From the NCBI GenBank assembly GCA_963823445.1, contig CAWGLT010000004.1, positions 270,084 through 334,083 on the forward strand: DNA of 64,000 nt, given 5' to 3'. The notes under the pieces were generated by a model. The model made no database searches and was not told the DNA's origin. It was given only the letters and a program-made list of their open reading frames with translations. The stretch is from an uncultured Acidobacteriota bacterium. GTDB lineage: Bacteria > Acidobacteriota > Thermoanaerobaculia > Thermoanaerobaculales > Sulfomarinibacteraceae. This document shows positions 38,339-47,028 of this stretch, piece after piece; the first letter of the stretch is position 1; every line of letters starts with the position of its first letter. The translations under genes and the position numbers were made by a program.

Positions 38339-38430
38339 GGAGTTAGGGGTGAGGGGTAAGGAGTAAAGAGGGTTGGATCACCTCGAACCGCCTACTCCTC
38401 ACTCCTAACTCTTGACTCCTAACCTCTCCG

Positions 38431-38652
38431 TCACAGCGCCTTGATCGTCCTCACCACCTCGCCCGGATTGGGGAACCGGCCTTCTTTCTTCTTCGAGAAG
38501 ACCAGCTTGCCGTCGACCTCGACTTCGAAAACTCCGTCCTTGCCCTTGATGAGGCGGGTGTCGGCTCCGAACTCGCTCTCAAACTCGGCCGCCAGCCCGG
38601 CGGCGCGTGGTTGGTAGTTTCAAACGACGCAATACTCGATGGTGATGTCCAT
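38431..38652 (-). CDS. SelW/SelT/SelH (Rdx) family selenoprotein, with in-frame UGA (Sec) at 38622..38620
   Basis: Absent from the ORF track because of the TGA at codon 11. Read-through gives 73 aa: MDITIEYCVVUNYQPRAAGLAAEFESEFGADTRLIKGKDGVFEVEVDGKLVFSKKKEGRFPNPGEVVRTIKAL. Has a CxxU motif after the IEYC strand and G.FEV.VDG.LVFSK...GRFP family hallmarks. AGGAG lies 5 nt upstream of the ATG, and the gene starts 28 nt downstream of the fpr stop. Confidence 0.8.
38588..38604 (-). promoter_or_regulatory. Candidate SECIS hairpin
   Basis: On the mRNA strand, GCCGCC-GGGCU-GGCGGC begins 16 nt 3' of the UGA. The position and G/U-containing loop are compatible with bacterial SECIS elements. Not folded computationally. 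Confidence 0.4.
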
Positions 38653-38680
38653 GATGGCTCCTGGGTGGATCACGCCGGGG

Positions 38681-39496
38681 TCACCAGTATCGTTCCACGT
38701 AGATGGAACCCGGCGTTTTTCGTGTGTGTTCGGTGAATCCGTCTTTGCTCAGCAGCTCGACCATGTCGTCGATCATGGCGGGGTTGCCGCAGAGAAAGAT
38801 CCGCGAACTCTCGGGGGTCGGTTGCTCGTTCCACTCGCCGGCGAGTACTCCGCTCTGCCACAGATCGAGCACGTAGCCGGCGCGGCCGATCCACGGCACG
38901 GGCTCTTCGGCCGGACGGGAAATGATGGGTAGATAGGTGAAATCCTCGCTGAGTTGTTCCATGGCGACGAGCTCGGCGTGATACCCCAGGTCCCACGAGT
39001 GTCTCGCACCGAGCAGCACGGCGAATCGTCGTCCGTTCGAGGCGGCGAGTTCGCTTCTCAGCATACTCATGTACGGGGCGAGACCGGTGCCCGTCGCAAC
39101 CATGATGACGTCCTTGTCGGTGGGCGCCTGATCCAGGGTGAAGGTTCCGGTGATCTTCGGCCCGAGCCAGACCCGTCCTCCCGGTTGGAGATTGAAAAGG
39201 CGAGGGCTCAGCGCCCCCGAGTGAACCATGGTGACATAGAACTCGAGGTACCTGCGCGCCTTTGACGACGATGCGATGGAATAGGCGCGGCGAATGAGTT
39301 TTCCCGGTTTGACGGGTTCATCCTCGGCGTCGGCGTGGGTCGACCTGCCGGCCTCAGGGGGAAGACCGAGAACCGCGAACTGCCCGGGCGCAAACTCGGG
39401 AAGGTCCCATCCGTCGGGAACCACCCTGATCACCATGAGACCGGGAGCGACATCGATCTTGCTGGTGACCACCGCATTGAGTTCGGATCTCGACAT
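38681..39496 (-). CDS. fpr: Ferredoxin--NADP(+) reductase (Fpr type)
   Basis: The 3' part of ORF 38681..39838. ATG 39496 is preceded by GAGGAAG. Has the RAYSIAS FAD-binding motif, the MVATGTGLAPY NADP motif and a C-terminal VERYW like E. coli Fpr AEHYW. Confidence 0.85.
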   Translation of the reverse strand: MSRSELNAVVTSKIDVAPGLMVIRVVPDGWDLPEFAPGQFAVLGLPPEAGRSTHADAEDEPVKPGKLIRRAYSIASSSKARRYLEFYVTMVHSGALSPRLFNLQPGGRVWLGPKITGTFTLDQAPTDKDVIMVATGTGLAPYMSMLRSELAASNGRRFAVLLGARHSWDLGYHAELVAMEQLSEDFTYLPIISRPAEEPVPWIGRAGYVLDLWQSGVLAGEWNEQPTPESSRIFLCGNPAMIDDMVELLSKDGFTEHTRKTPGSIYVERYW

Positions 39497-39609
39497 GAAC
39501 GGAGCTTCCTCTCGGGGAGCGATCATAGCACCCGGAAAGGCATGAACAGCGTCGTCGCCACGGCCATTCCAGGCGAAACGCGCGGGGCCGAAGTACACTT
39601 TCCGGCATC

Positions 39610-40359
39610 GTGGGAGTCGAGACCGTTTTCGGGTCGCCGTGGGTTTTCTTCGCGGTCTGCCTCGTGCTCGTGGCGGCCGAGACGATCTATGTCCTCCTCG
39701 GTTTCGGGGCCGGACTGGTGGCAGTGGGCGCACTGGCCCTGCTCCTGCCCGATCTTCGCGACGGTGTGGTCTTGCTCCTGCTGGTGAATCTCCCCGCGGA
39801 ACTCTTCGTGGTCGTGTCGTCGTGGCGCGACATCGCATGGCGGGGAGTGGCGATGCTCATGGTCGGGGTGGCCGTCGGGATCCCAATCGGCGCGTGGCTG
39901 CTCGGTTGGGGAGATCCGCGTTTCCTGTTGGTCGTTCTCGGTGGCGTTCTCCTCATCGTCGGGGTGGCGTTTCTCGTGTCGCCGGCGGGGCGGTCGTGGC
40001 GCTGGCCGAAGTGGGTTGTCGCCCCCGTGGGGCTGACATCGGGGCTCCTCACCGGGCTCTTCGGCACCGGAGGCCCGCCGTTGGTGCTCTATTACCAGCT
40101 CGCCGGCGCCGACAAGGCGGCTTTTCGCGGCAATCTCATGGCGATCTTCCTTCTCATGACCCTCGTCCGAGTGCCGTCCTATGCCGGAATGGGGTTGATC
40201 ACCACCGAGCGGCTGTGGTCGAGCCTGTTGGTTCTTCCGGCCGTCATCGCCGGCGCGTGGATCGGCAACCGCCTTCACCTTCGCGTCGAGGAGTCGGTAT
40301 TCAGGAGGCTGGTGGCCGGAGCGTTGGTGGTTCTGGGAGCGCTGTTGCTGGTCGGGTGA
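39610..40359 (+). CDS. TauE/SafE family (DUF81) anion exporter
   Basis: 249-aa polytopic ORF with a GTG start. Has the repeated G.GGG/LFGTGGPPL motifs typical of TauE/SafE. Confidence 0.75.
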   Translation: MGVETVFGSPWVFFAVCLVLVAAETIYVLLGFGAGLVAVGALALLLPDLRDGVVLLLLVNLPAELFVVVSSWRDIAWRGVAMLMVGVAVGIPIGAWLLGWGDPRFLLVVLGGVLLIVGVAFLVSPAGRSWRWPKWVVAPVGLTSGLLTGLFGTGGPPLVLYYQLAGADKAAFRGNLMAIFLLMTLVRVPSYAGMGLITTERLWSSLLVLPAVIAGAWIGNRLHLRVEESVFRRLVAGALVVLGALLLVG

Positions 40360-40630
40360 GGCTGGAAGAGAAAGATCCTGGATACTGGATAGAGGAAGAT
40401 GCCGAACCGTCGAGTGGAACCGCAAGGGCGCAAGGGACGCGGGGCCATCGCACCATCGCCGGGTTGCATCGCAAAGATCGCCGAACCATCGGTTTTTCCG
40501 GTTAGGATCGGCGGCGCCCGGGACAACAATTTCAGGCTCGCGAAACGAGGCTACAGCGCACATTCTGCAGCTTCGGCGGGATGTGAGGTACCATGGATGG
40601 GTATCCCTTGGGCGAGGTGAGGTACCCAAG

Positions 40631-41182
40631 ATGCGCAAGCAATTGGTGTTGACTGCGGTGGGCAGGGACAGGTCCGGGATCGTGGAAGAGTTCACCAAAC
40701 TCATTCTCCACTACGACGGCAATATCGAAGCGAGCCGGATGGTCCGCCTCGGTGGCGACTTTGCCATGTTGATCTTTGTCAGCGCGCCGGAGGATCGGGT
40801 CTTCGAACTGCGCCGGGCGGTGGACGATCTCCACTACACCAAGTTCGACGTCCTGACTCGACTCAGCGAAGTCGAGGGCGAGGACGAAGATCCCCAGGAG
40901 AGCCGCTGTACGATCACGGTTCTCGGCGCCGATCACATGGGGATCATCAATCAGGTGGCGCAATACCTCGCGGAACAGGGGATCAACCTCGAAAGCATGC
41001 ACACCGAGGTCTCTGCGGCGCCGATGAGCGGCACACCGCTCTTCACCATGTCCGCCGAGGTCGTCGTTCCGCCACGATTGGCGACCGACGATCTTCGCGA
41101 GGCCATGGAGTTCATCGGTGACGAGATGGGGGTCGATACCAAGGTCTTCGAAAAGGGGGGGCATGAGGGCTCGGGGCCTTGA
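40631..41182 (+). CDS. Tandem ACT-domain protein (glycine cleavage system regulator GcvR-like)
   Basis: ORF 40583..41182. ATG 40631 is preceded by GAGGTGAGG. Has two ACT-like repeats (LVLTAVGRDRSGIV.. and ITVLGADHMGIIN..). Confidence 0.6.
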   Translation: MRKQLVLTAVGRDRSGIVEEFTKLILHYDGNIEASRMVRLGGDFAMLIFVSAPEDRVFELRRAVDDLHYTKFDVLTRLSEVEGEDEDPQESRCTITVLGADHMGIINQVAQYLAEQGINLESMHTEVSAAPMSGTPLFTMSAEVVVPPRLATDDLREAMEFIGDEMGVDTKVFEKGGHEGSGP

Positions 41183-41188
41183 GGGATT

Positions 41189-41234
41189 GGGAGTTGAGGT
41201 CCCGCGTCTCGTTTTCCTCAGCGTCCCTTTTTTT
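41189..41234 (+). terminator. Candidate intrinsic terminator of the gcvR-like gene
   Basis: Imperfect stem gggagttgagg...cctcagcgtccc followed by T7 (41228-41234), 7 nt after the stop at 41182. Confidence 0.45.
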
Positions 41235-41254
41235 CCCTGAATCCTGAATCTCGA

Positions 41255-41284
41255 CGAAAAAGACGCGGGGCGACCCGCGTCTTT
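41255..41284 (-). terminator. Candidate intrinsic terminator of the DUF4097 gene
   Basis: On the minus strand, gacgcggg-tcgc-cccgcgtc is followed by UUUUU, about 30 nt after the stop at 41313. Confidence 0.55.
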
Positions 41285-41312
41285 CCACGTTCCGGGTGAA
41301 CTGAGATCCCGG

Positions 41313-42191
41313 TCATCTGGTCCGGAGTTTGACGCTCCCGGAGAAGCTCTCGATGGAGATTCGCGCCCCTCCGGATCCGTTGGTGAATCGGAGTTCCGTC
41401 CCGGGAGCGTACTCGTCGGTCCGCCTGGGCTCCGGTCCCATGTCGTTCTTGATGGAGCCCGAGTAGGTCTCGATGTAGAAATCGGCGTCGATCTCGGAGG
41501 AGACCACCATCTCGACCGTTCCGCTCATGGTTTCGATGGTGAATCGTCCGCGATCGGTCGGGCTTGCGGCACAGAAGATCGAGCCCGACACCGTTTCGGC
41601 GTCAAAGCTGTCGAGGTTGCCGTCTTCGATCTCGATGCCGCCGCTCACCACGTTGGCGTCGAGCCGTCCGGTCGCGCGGCGGACGATGATGTCGCCGCTC
41701 ACCGATTCGAGTTCCGAGCTGCCCGAGGTCGAGGTTGCGATGACGTCGCCGCTGACCGAGGACGCCTCCACCGACCGGGTCTCGCCGGAGATTTCCACCC
41801 GGCCGCTCACCGACTCGAGTCGGAGTTCTCCCATGACGCCGTCGACCGAGATGTCGGCGCTCACGGTCTCGACCTCGATGGCGGCCGACGTCGGCACCTT
41901 GATCGTCAGGTAGGCGCTGCCGTTGTTTCGGGTCCGGCGCTCGAGTTCAACCTCGATGCTGATGCGGTTGCCGCCGGAAGAAATGGCGAGTTCTTCGACC
42001 CCATCCTCGAGTCTGCCGGTAATGGACACCCCGTCACCGGACCAGCCGATGATCTCGATCGTGCCGGAGATATTGCTGACTTCGACTCGTCCGTCGGCGG
42101 CCAATGGCCGGCGTTCGTCCACGGTCCGATCGGCCTGGGCCATTCCTGCCGCCGCAAGAGCCATCACGACGATGAGTATTGTCTTTTTCAT
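41313..42191 (-). CDS. DUF4097 family beta-strand repeat protein (putative adhesin-like)
   Basis: ORF 41313..42215. ATG 42191 is preceded by GGAGG. Has the signal peptide MKKTILIVVMALAAAGMAQA and repeated V(S/E)xxSGxIxV strands. Confidence 0.65.
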   Translation of the reverse strand: MKKTILIVVMALAAAGMAQADRTVDERRPLAADGRVEVSNISGTIEIIGWSGDGVSITGRLEDGVEELAISSGGNRISIEVELERRTRNNGSAYLTIKVPTSAAIEVETVSADISVDGVMGELRLESVSGRVEISGETRSVEASSVSGDVIATSTSGSSELESVSGDIIVRRATGRLDANVVSGGIEIEDGNLDSFDAETVSGSIFCAASPTDRGRFTIETMSGTVEMVVSSEIDADFYIETYSGSIKNDMGPEPRRTDEYAPGTELRFTNGSGGARISIESFSGSVKLRTR

Positions 42192-42225
42192 GCTGACCTC
42201 CGCTGCATTTTCCATGATTGTTGTT

Positions 42226-42900
42226 TCAGACCTCTGCGGGCAGTCGGGTCGCCCGTTGAAGCAAACCGATCTGCTGGCGATACGCCATGGCGAGTTGCCG
42301 GTTGAGCCGTCCGTCGTTGGGGTTGTCCGCCAGCGCGACTTCGATCCGTGCGATGGCGTTGTCGATCACCAGCAGATTGTCCATCACCACCGACCAGGTT
42401 TCGGGCGAAAGCTCGTGCTGCCGTTCATCGAGGGTGCTGCGGAGCTGATTTCGGGCGAGTTCGAGACCGGTCCCGAGATCACCGTAAGACGCCTGGACGT
42501 AGGAGGATTCCACCGGCGGCGCCTGCGCGGTCTGCGGTCGCCCCCGTTCGAGACCCGCCCGGTAGGCGAGACCGACCGAGAGGACCAGGATCGCCGCTGC
42601 AGCCGCAGCCATCAAGAGGTGGCGAGACCGGGGTGCGGTGGGGTTCTCGAAATCACCGCGCACGACCCGCCGGGCCTCGATCTGACGGGCGATTCCCGGC
42701 CAGAGATCGTGTTCGGGTTCGCTGGATCGGGGCAATGATGCCGTCGCGCCTTGGAGCTTGAGAGCGCTTTCAACCTCGGCGCGACAGCTCGGACAGGCTT
42801 CGAGATGGGACCGCGCCGCGGACCCATCGAGCTCGTCCAACCCGCCCTCGATGAGATCGTCGATCATCTCCAGGAGCTGATCACAGGTGGTCGTTTTCAT
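42226..42900 (-). CDS. Anti-sigma factor (zf-HC2 type, single TM)
   Basis: The 3' part of ORF 42226..43527. ATG 42900 forms an ATGA overlap with the sigma gene stop. Has the H-x3-C-x2-C motif (SHLEACPSCRAE) and a central TM helix. Confidence 0.75.
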   Translation of the reverse strand: MKTTTCDQLLEMIDDLIEGGLDELDGSAARSHLEACPSCRAEVESALKLQGATASLPRSSEPEHDLWPGIARQIEARRVVRGDFENPTAPRSRHLLMAAAAAAILVLSVGLAYRAGLERGRPQTAQAPPVESSYVQASYGDLGTGLELARNQLRSTLDERQHELSPETWSVVMDNLLVIDNAIARIEVALADNPNDGRLNRQLAMAYRQQIGLLQRATRLPAEV

Positions 42901-43490
42901 GATGTCAATGCCTTTCGCAGCAATTGCCGCGCTCGGCTCAGCTGCGCTTTCGAGGTTCCCACCGCCATCCCGGCGACCTCGGCGATCTCGGTGTGTTTGT
43001 AGCCCTCCACATCGTGGAGAACGAAGACCGTCCGTGCGCCCGCGGGAAGGGATGCGATGGCTCGTTCGAGATCCATCGCCACCCCCGGGCGCTGATGGGC
43101 GACGCCGCCGTCGCTGTACCATTGCTCGCCCGCGGCGGTCTCTCTGTCCTGACGGCGCCCGGCGCTGCGCTGGTGGCCGAGAACGACATTGACCGTCAGC
43201 CGGTGCATCCAGGTCGAGAAGGCGCTCTCGCCGCGAAAGGACGGCAGTTTCTGCCAGGCCCTGACAAACGCTTCCTGGGTCAGTTCCTCGGCCTCGGAGC
43301 GGTTGCCGCACATTCTCAGAACCAGACCGTGGACTCGGCCCACCGTTTGTCGGTAGAGGGTCTCGAAGGCCTCGACGTCGCCGGCGATCGCCCGCTCGAC
43401 AAGCCGGGCGGCACCGTCGTCCGAAGACCTCGTCACGGACCCGGCCACGGGAGGCCGGCGGTTCGAACGGAGAGGGATGACCATTTCCAC
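42897..43490 (-). CDS. ECF-type RNA polymerase sigma-70 factor
   Basis: 197-aa ORF. Region 2 is EAEELTQEAFVRAW and region 4 is VFVLHDVEGYKHTEIAEVAGMAVGTSKAQLSRAR. Confidence 0.9.
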   Translation of the reverse strand: MEMVIPLRSNRRPPVAGSVTRSSDDGAARLVERAIAGDVEAFETLYRQTVGRVHGLVLRMCGNRSEAEELTQEAFVRAWQKLPSFRGESAFSTWMHRLTVNVVLGHQRSAGRRQDRETAAGEQWYSDGGVAHQRPGVAMDLERAIASLPAGARTVFVLHDVEGYKHTEIAEVAGMAVGTSKAQLSRARQLLRKALTS

Positions 43491-43621
43491 ATCCTCTGAG
43501 ATACCGCCGGGTGCGTGATGGTTGCATGCATTGTCTGACTCGGGAAGAAAGATACAGGAAAACCGGGTGCCAGGGAGCAGGATTCAGGATCCGGGATTCA
43601 AATCCTCAAGTCCTCAGGCCC

Positions 43622-44035
43622 TCAATTCACCGTCATGGGCTCGCTGAGGGCGAACTGGCCGATGGTGGCGAGAAACGAGGTTCCGCCTTCGGCCACCATC
43701 TGGTAGCTTCCCTCCATGGTCCCGAAAGGCGTCGTCAGAGGGCAGAACGAGGTGTATTCGTACGACTCCCCGGGAGCGAGGATGGGTTGGTCGCCGACCA
43801 CGCCGGGACCCTTGACCTCCTCGACGTGGCCGTTGGCGTCGGTGATGATCCAGTGGCGATTGAGCAGTTGAACGACATCGGAGCCGACGTTGCTGATGCG
43901 GATGTCATAGGCGAAGAACCATTGACTCTTTGCGGGGTTCGACTTCTCGGGGATGTACCGGGATTGGACCTCCACCCTGACGCCTCGAGTCGTTGCTTCC
44001 GATGTGTTCACTCGCGCCTCCCTCTTTGCTCCCAT
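43622..44035 (-). CDS. apaG: ApaG protein
   Basis: 137-aa ORF. Has FAYDIRISN..VQLLNRHWIITDANG...GPGVVGDQP.L.PGESYEYTS hallmarks. Confidence 0.85.
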   Translation of the reverse strand: MGAKREARVNTSEATTRGVRVEVQSRYIPEKSNPAKSQWFFAYDIRISNVGSDVVQLLNRHWIITDANGHVEEVKGPGVVGDQPILAPGESYEYTSFCPLTTPFGTMEGSYQMVAEGGTSFLATIGQFALSEPMTVN

Positions 44036-44104
44036 GGACCAACCACGGACGGCGGTGAGCGATTCCCGGGATCGAGTCCGTCTCCCCGGGGTGGAGGCGG
44101 GAAA

Positions 44105-44430
44105 CTAGAGACAGCGGCAGGGACAGCGGAGCGTCAGGGACAGCGACCGGGGCAGCGGCAGCGTCAGGGACAGCGACCGGGGCAGCGGCAGGGTCGGGGA
44201 CAGCGGCAGGGACGGCGGCAGCGTCAGGGACAGCGGCAGGGACGGCGGCAGCGTCAGGGACAGCGACCGGGGCAGCGGCAGCGGAAGGGACAGCGGCAGG
44301 GACGGCGGCAGGGTCGGGGACAGCGGCAGGGACGGCGGCAGAGCGTCGGGGACAGCGGCAGGGACGCGACGGGGCAGCTGCGTCAGGGACAGCGGCCGGG
44401 GCGGCGGCAGCGTCTGCGGCAGAGACAGCG
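44105..44430. repeat. Degenerate 12-nt GC-rich minisatellite (about 27 units, GGGRCRGCGRCM-like)
   Basis: Units such as gggacagcggca, gggacggcggca and gcgaccggggca repeat with period 12. The reverse complement matches the arrays at 26116-26187 and 51359-51600. Confidence 0.75.
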
Positions 44431-44665
44431 CGGGCGACCGCTCCCGCTCCCGGAATGCAACGGCGACGGCCGGGACAGCGACCCATGAGCAGGCTGGAAG
44501 CCTGCTCCACAACGTTGCATCCAACACAGTGCTTGGTGATGGTAGGGGCGGTTCCAGCCTGATGTTCAGACACCCCGCCGTCGGAAGCGCGCCTCTACGC
44601 GAGTCGGACAGCCCTCAACCCACGCTTCGCCGACTTTCAGATGCAGGTGTTTCTGCGCCTCTGAG

Positions 44666-45505
44666 TCAAGACTGCGGTGTCTCTCGGCTCTTCCGAGATC
44701 TTACCGTGCTCGAAGGGTTGCCCTCGAGTCGTTTGGCCTCTTCCCAGAGCTCATCCTGTTCTTCGAGGCTGAGCTCCCGCAGATGTTCACCCCGGGCCCG
44801 CGCCAGGGCTTCCATGGTTTCGAAGCGCCGTTTGAAGGTCGTGTTGGTCCGCTGGAGTGCGGTCTCGGGCTCGACGCCGAGGTGTCGAGCGAGATTGGCC
44901 ATGACGAAGAGCACATCACCCATCTCGTCGCGCGCCCGTTCGGATGGTGGACCACCGCCCTCGTCGAGCTCGTGCTCGAGCTCGGCCATCTCCTCGCGCA
45001 TCTTGACCATGACATCGCCCGGTTTGCGCCAGTCGAAGCCGACCGCCGCCGCCTTCTCGGTCATGCGAAAGGCCTTGAGCAGACCCGGCAGCGCCGCTGG
45101 AACCCCGTCGAGGGCCGAGCTCGTTTCCTCGTGCGCCCGTTCTTCGCTCTTGATCTCTTCCCAGTTCCGGATGACCTCATCGGCGTCCTTGACGTGCCGG
45201 TTGCCGAAGACGTGGGGGTGGCGCCGGACCATCTTCTCGGAGATGCCGTCACAGACGTCGTCAAAGTCGAACCAGCCGTTCTCGCGGCCGACGCGGGCCA
45301 TGAAGACGATCTGCAGGAGGAGATCGCCGAGCTCCTCGCGGAGCTTGGCCGGCTCGTCGGCAGCGACGGCCTCGGCCACCTCGTGGGCCTCCTCGAGGAG
45401 GTAGGGCGCGAGGGATGAAAGAGTCTGCTTGCGGTCCCAGGGGCACCCCCCGGGATCGCGCAGCCGGTCCATGATTCCACAGAGGCGGTCGAGAGAGTCC
45501 GACAT
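44666..45505 (-). CDS. mazG: Nucleoside triphosphate pyrophosphohydrolase MazG
   Basis: 279-aa ORF with two MazG repeats: EE..E...A.....EELGDLLLQIVF and DEMGDVLFVMANLARH. Confidence 0.9.
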   Translation of the reverse strand: MSDSLDRLCGIMDRLRDPGGCPWDRKQTLSSLAPYLLEEAHEVAEAVAADEPAKLREELGDLLLQIVFMARVGRENGWFDFDDVCDGISEKMVRRHPHVFGNRHVKDADEVIRNWEEIKSEERAHEETSSALDGVPAALPGLLKAFRMTEKAAAVGFDWRKPGDVMVKMREEMAELEHELDEGGGPPSERARDEMGDVLFVMANLARHLGVEPETALQRTNTTFKRRFETMEALARARGEHLRELSLEEQDELWEEAKRLEGNPSSTVRSRKSRETPQS

Positions 45506-45532
45506 CAGGCCGGTATTCTAGCCTGGACGTGA

Positions 45533-46648
45533 TCATTCGAGGTCGTACCAGCCCTTGATGGCGTCGGCGTTGGCGGCGATGTCACGACCCTCCAGACCCC
45601 ACCGAGCGCACAGCGCCGCAGCTTCGTCGGGATCGGCAACCAGGTCTTCAAAGATCGCGGTGGCGCGTTTGCTCTGCTCGGTAGGCGCGAAAAAGCGGAT
45701 CACGGCCAGGCCGGTCATGGACTCGCAGCGGAAGCGGCGATCGGGATCGAAGCGCGCCATGTTTTCGGCGGCGTCGATGATGTGATTGGGCGGACGGAGC
45801 ACGAGCTTTCCTTCCGCGTCGAGAGAGGCGTAGGGTTTGAGTTCGACCCTGGTGGCCCGCTCGGACGTGAGCAACCGTTGGGGCGCGACCTCACCGAGGA
45901 CGATCGAGGCGATCAGGGCGAGATCGGTGTCGCCGCGGGCCGTCGCCAGTTGGTAGATCCCCTCGGCGCCCGCCCGGATGCAGGCCAACCCAATGAGATC
46001 GGCGATCACCGTTATGTCCTCCTGGCGCAACAGTCGCCCGAGACGGATCGCCCGACGGCAGTCCGCGAGGGCGTCTTCGTAGTCTTCGGTTTCGAGACCG
46101 CGCATCACCCAGGAACGGGCGAAGGTCAAGGGCACCAGAAGATTCGGCAGCGCGGTGGAGACGCCCTCGAAGGGCAGAACATCGGGATAAAACCGCATCT
46201 TCGCCTGATCGGCCCAGGGTTCGGCCTCGAGGAGCAACGGGTCGTCGGGCGGGAGGACCTTTTTGAGTCGCGGAGGCCCGTCGACTCGGCGCGTCATCAT
46301 CTTTTCCGCCTCACGATAGCGTTCGCCGTCGGGCTTGCGGAACAGCGCGAACCACTCAGCGGCGTTGGCCGGGCCCGTTCCGAGGGGCGCGAGCAGGTCG
46401 AGATCGGTGCGGAACCTGAGAGGCCACTTCTGCGCATCCGGGCAACCCCAGCAGGGGATCTCGAGTGCATCGGGCGACTCGATGACCGCCGGTTTCGAAA
46501 CTGTGCCTACTGGTGGTACCAGCCGTTCCGAGGCGGCCGTACGGTCGACCAGCTGAAAAACCAGAATCACGCTGAGGATGACGACCAGGCCTACGGCCAA
46601 GAGTACGAACACTCTGTTTGATCCGCTCGTTGTCGGCAGGTGTTTCAT
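45533..46648 (-). CDS. Hypothetical membrane-anchored protein (third gene of the ECF module)
   Basis: The 3' part of ORF 45533..46903. ATG 46648 forms an ATGA overlap with the upstream stop. Has one N-terminal TM helix. No recognisable family. Confidence 0.55.
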   Translation of the reverse strand: MKHLPTTSGSNRVFVLLAVGLVVILSVILVFQLVDRTAASERLVPPVGTVSKPAVIESPDALEIPCWGCPDAQKWPLRFRTDLDLLAPLGTGPANAAEWFALFRKPDGERYREAEKMMTRRVDGPPRLKKVLPPDDPLLLEAEPWADQAKMRFYPDVLPFEGVSTALPNLLVPLTFARSWVMRGLETEDYEDALADCRRAIRLGRLLRQEDITVIADLIGLACIRAGAEGIYQLATARGDTDLALIASIVLGEVAPQRLLTSERATRVELKPYASLDAEGKLVLRPPNHIIDAAENMARFDPDRRFRCESMTGLAVIRFFAPTEQSKRATAIFEDLVADPDEAAALCARWGLEGRDIAANADAIKGWYDLE

Positions 46649-47028
46649 GACAGATCCTCCGAATCGAGTTGGTCGGTGAGGGACTCGCCCCGGCGGCCGA
46701 TCTCCCCGTGGCTTGCCAGCCTGAGGGGAGGAAGATCGACGATGGCGGCGATCTCCGGGTCGGGAGCGATGAGAGCGGACGGCGCCCTCGGGTCGAGTGG
46801 CGGTGTCATCCAGCCGCTGAGGGCGAGATTCGCGGCGCACAGGACGGCAGCGGAGACCGCCCACGCGAGACGCAACCCATGATTCATCCGGAGGCGACCC
46901 CAAAAATCGGCACGGGGCATGGGAGCGCGGAGCGCCGCGCGAGCGCGCAAGAGTACTTGCTCCTGCAGGTCCTCGGGGACGTCGGGTGAGTCGAGACCCG
47001 GGAACAGTTGTCGATCGTGGTCGTTCAT
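46645..47028 (-). CDS. Putative anti-sigma factor (small, single TM)
   Basis: 127-aa ORF translationally coupled (ATGA) to the ECF sigma gene. Has a central hydrophobic helix LRLAWAVSAAVLCAANLALSGW. Function is inferred from position only. Confidence 0.45.
   Translation of the reverse strand: MNDHDRQLFPGLDSPDVPEDLQEQVLLRARAALRAPMPRADFWGRLRMNHGLRLAWAVSAAVLCAANLALSGWMTPPLDPRAPSALIAPDPEIAAIVDLPPLRLASHGEIGRRGESLTDQLDSEDLS

Noticed and set aside
44105-44430. G-quadruplex-forming array, or a Pro/Ala-rich repeat protein (ORFs 43905..44573 and 44105..44527).
   Set aside because: The G-tract spacing is mostly 9-15 nt, which makes poor G4 loops. The ORFs lack starts with an RBS, are open in several frames at once, and the same repeat occurs at other loci in non-coding positions.
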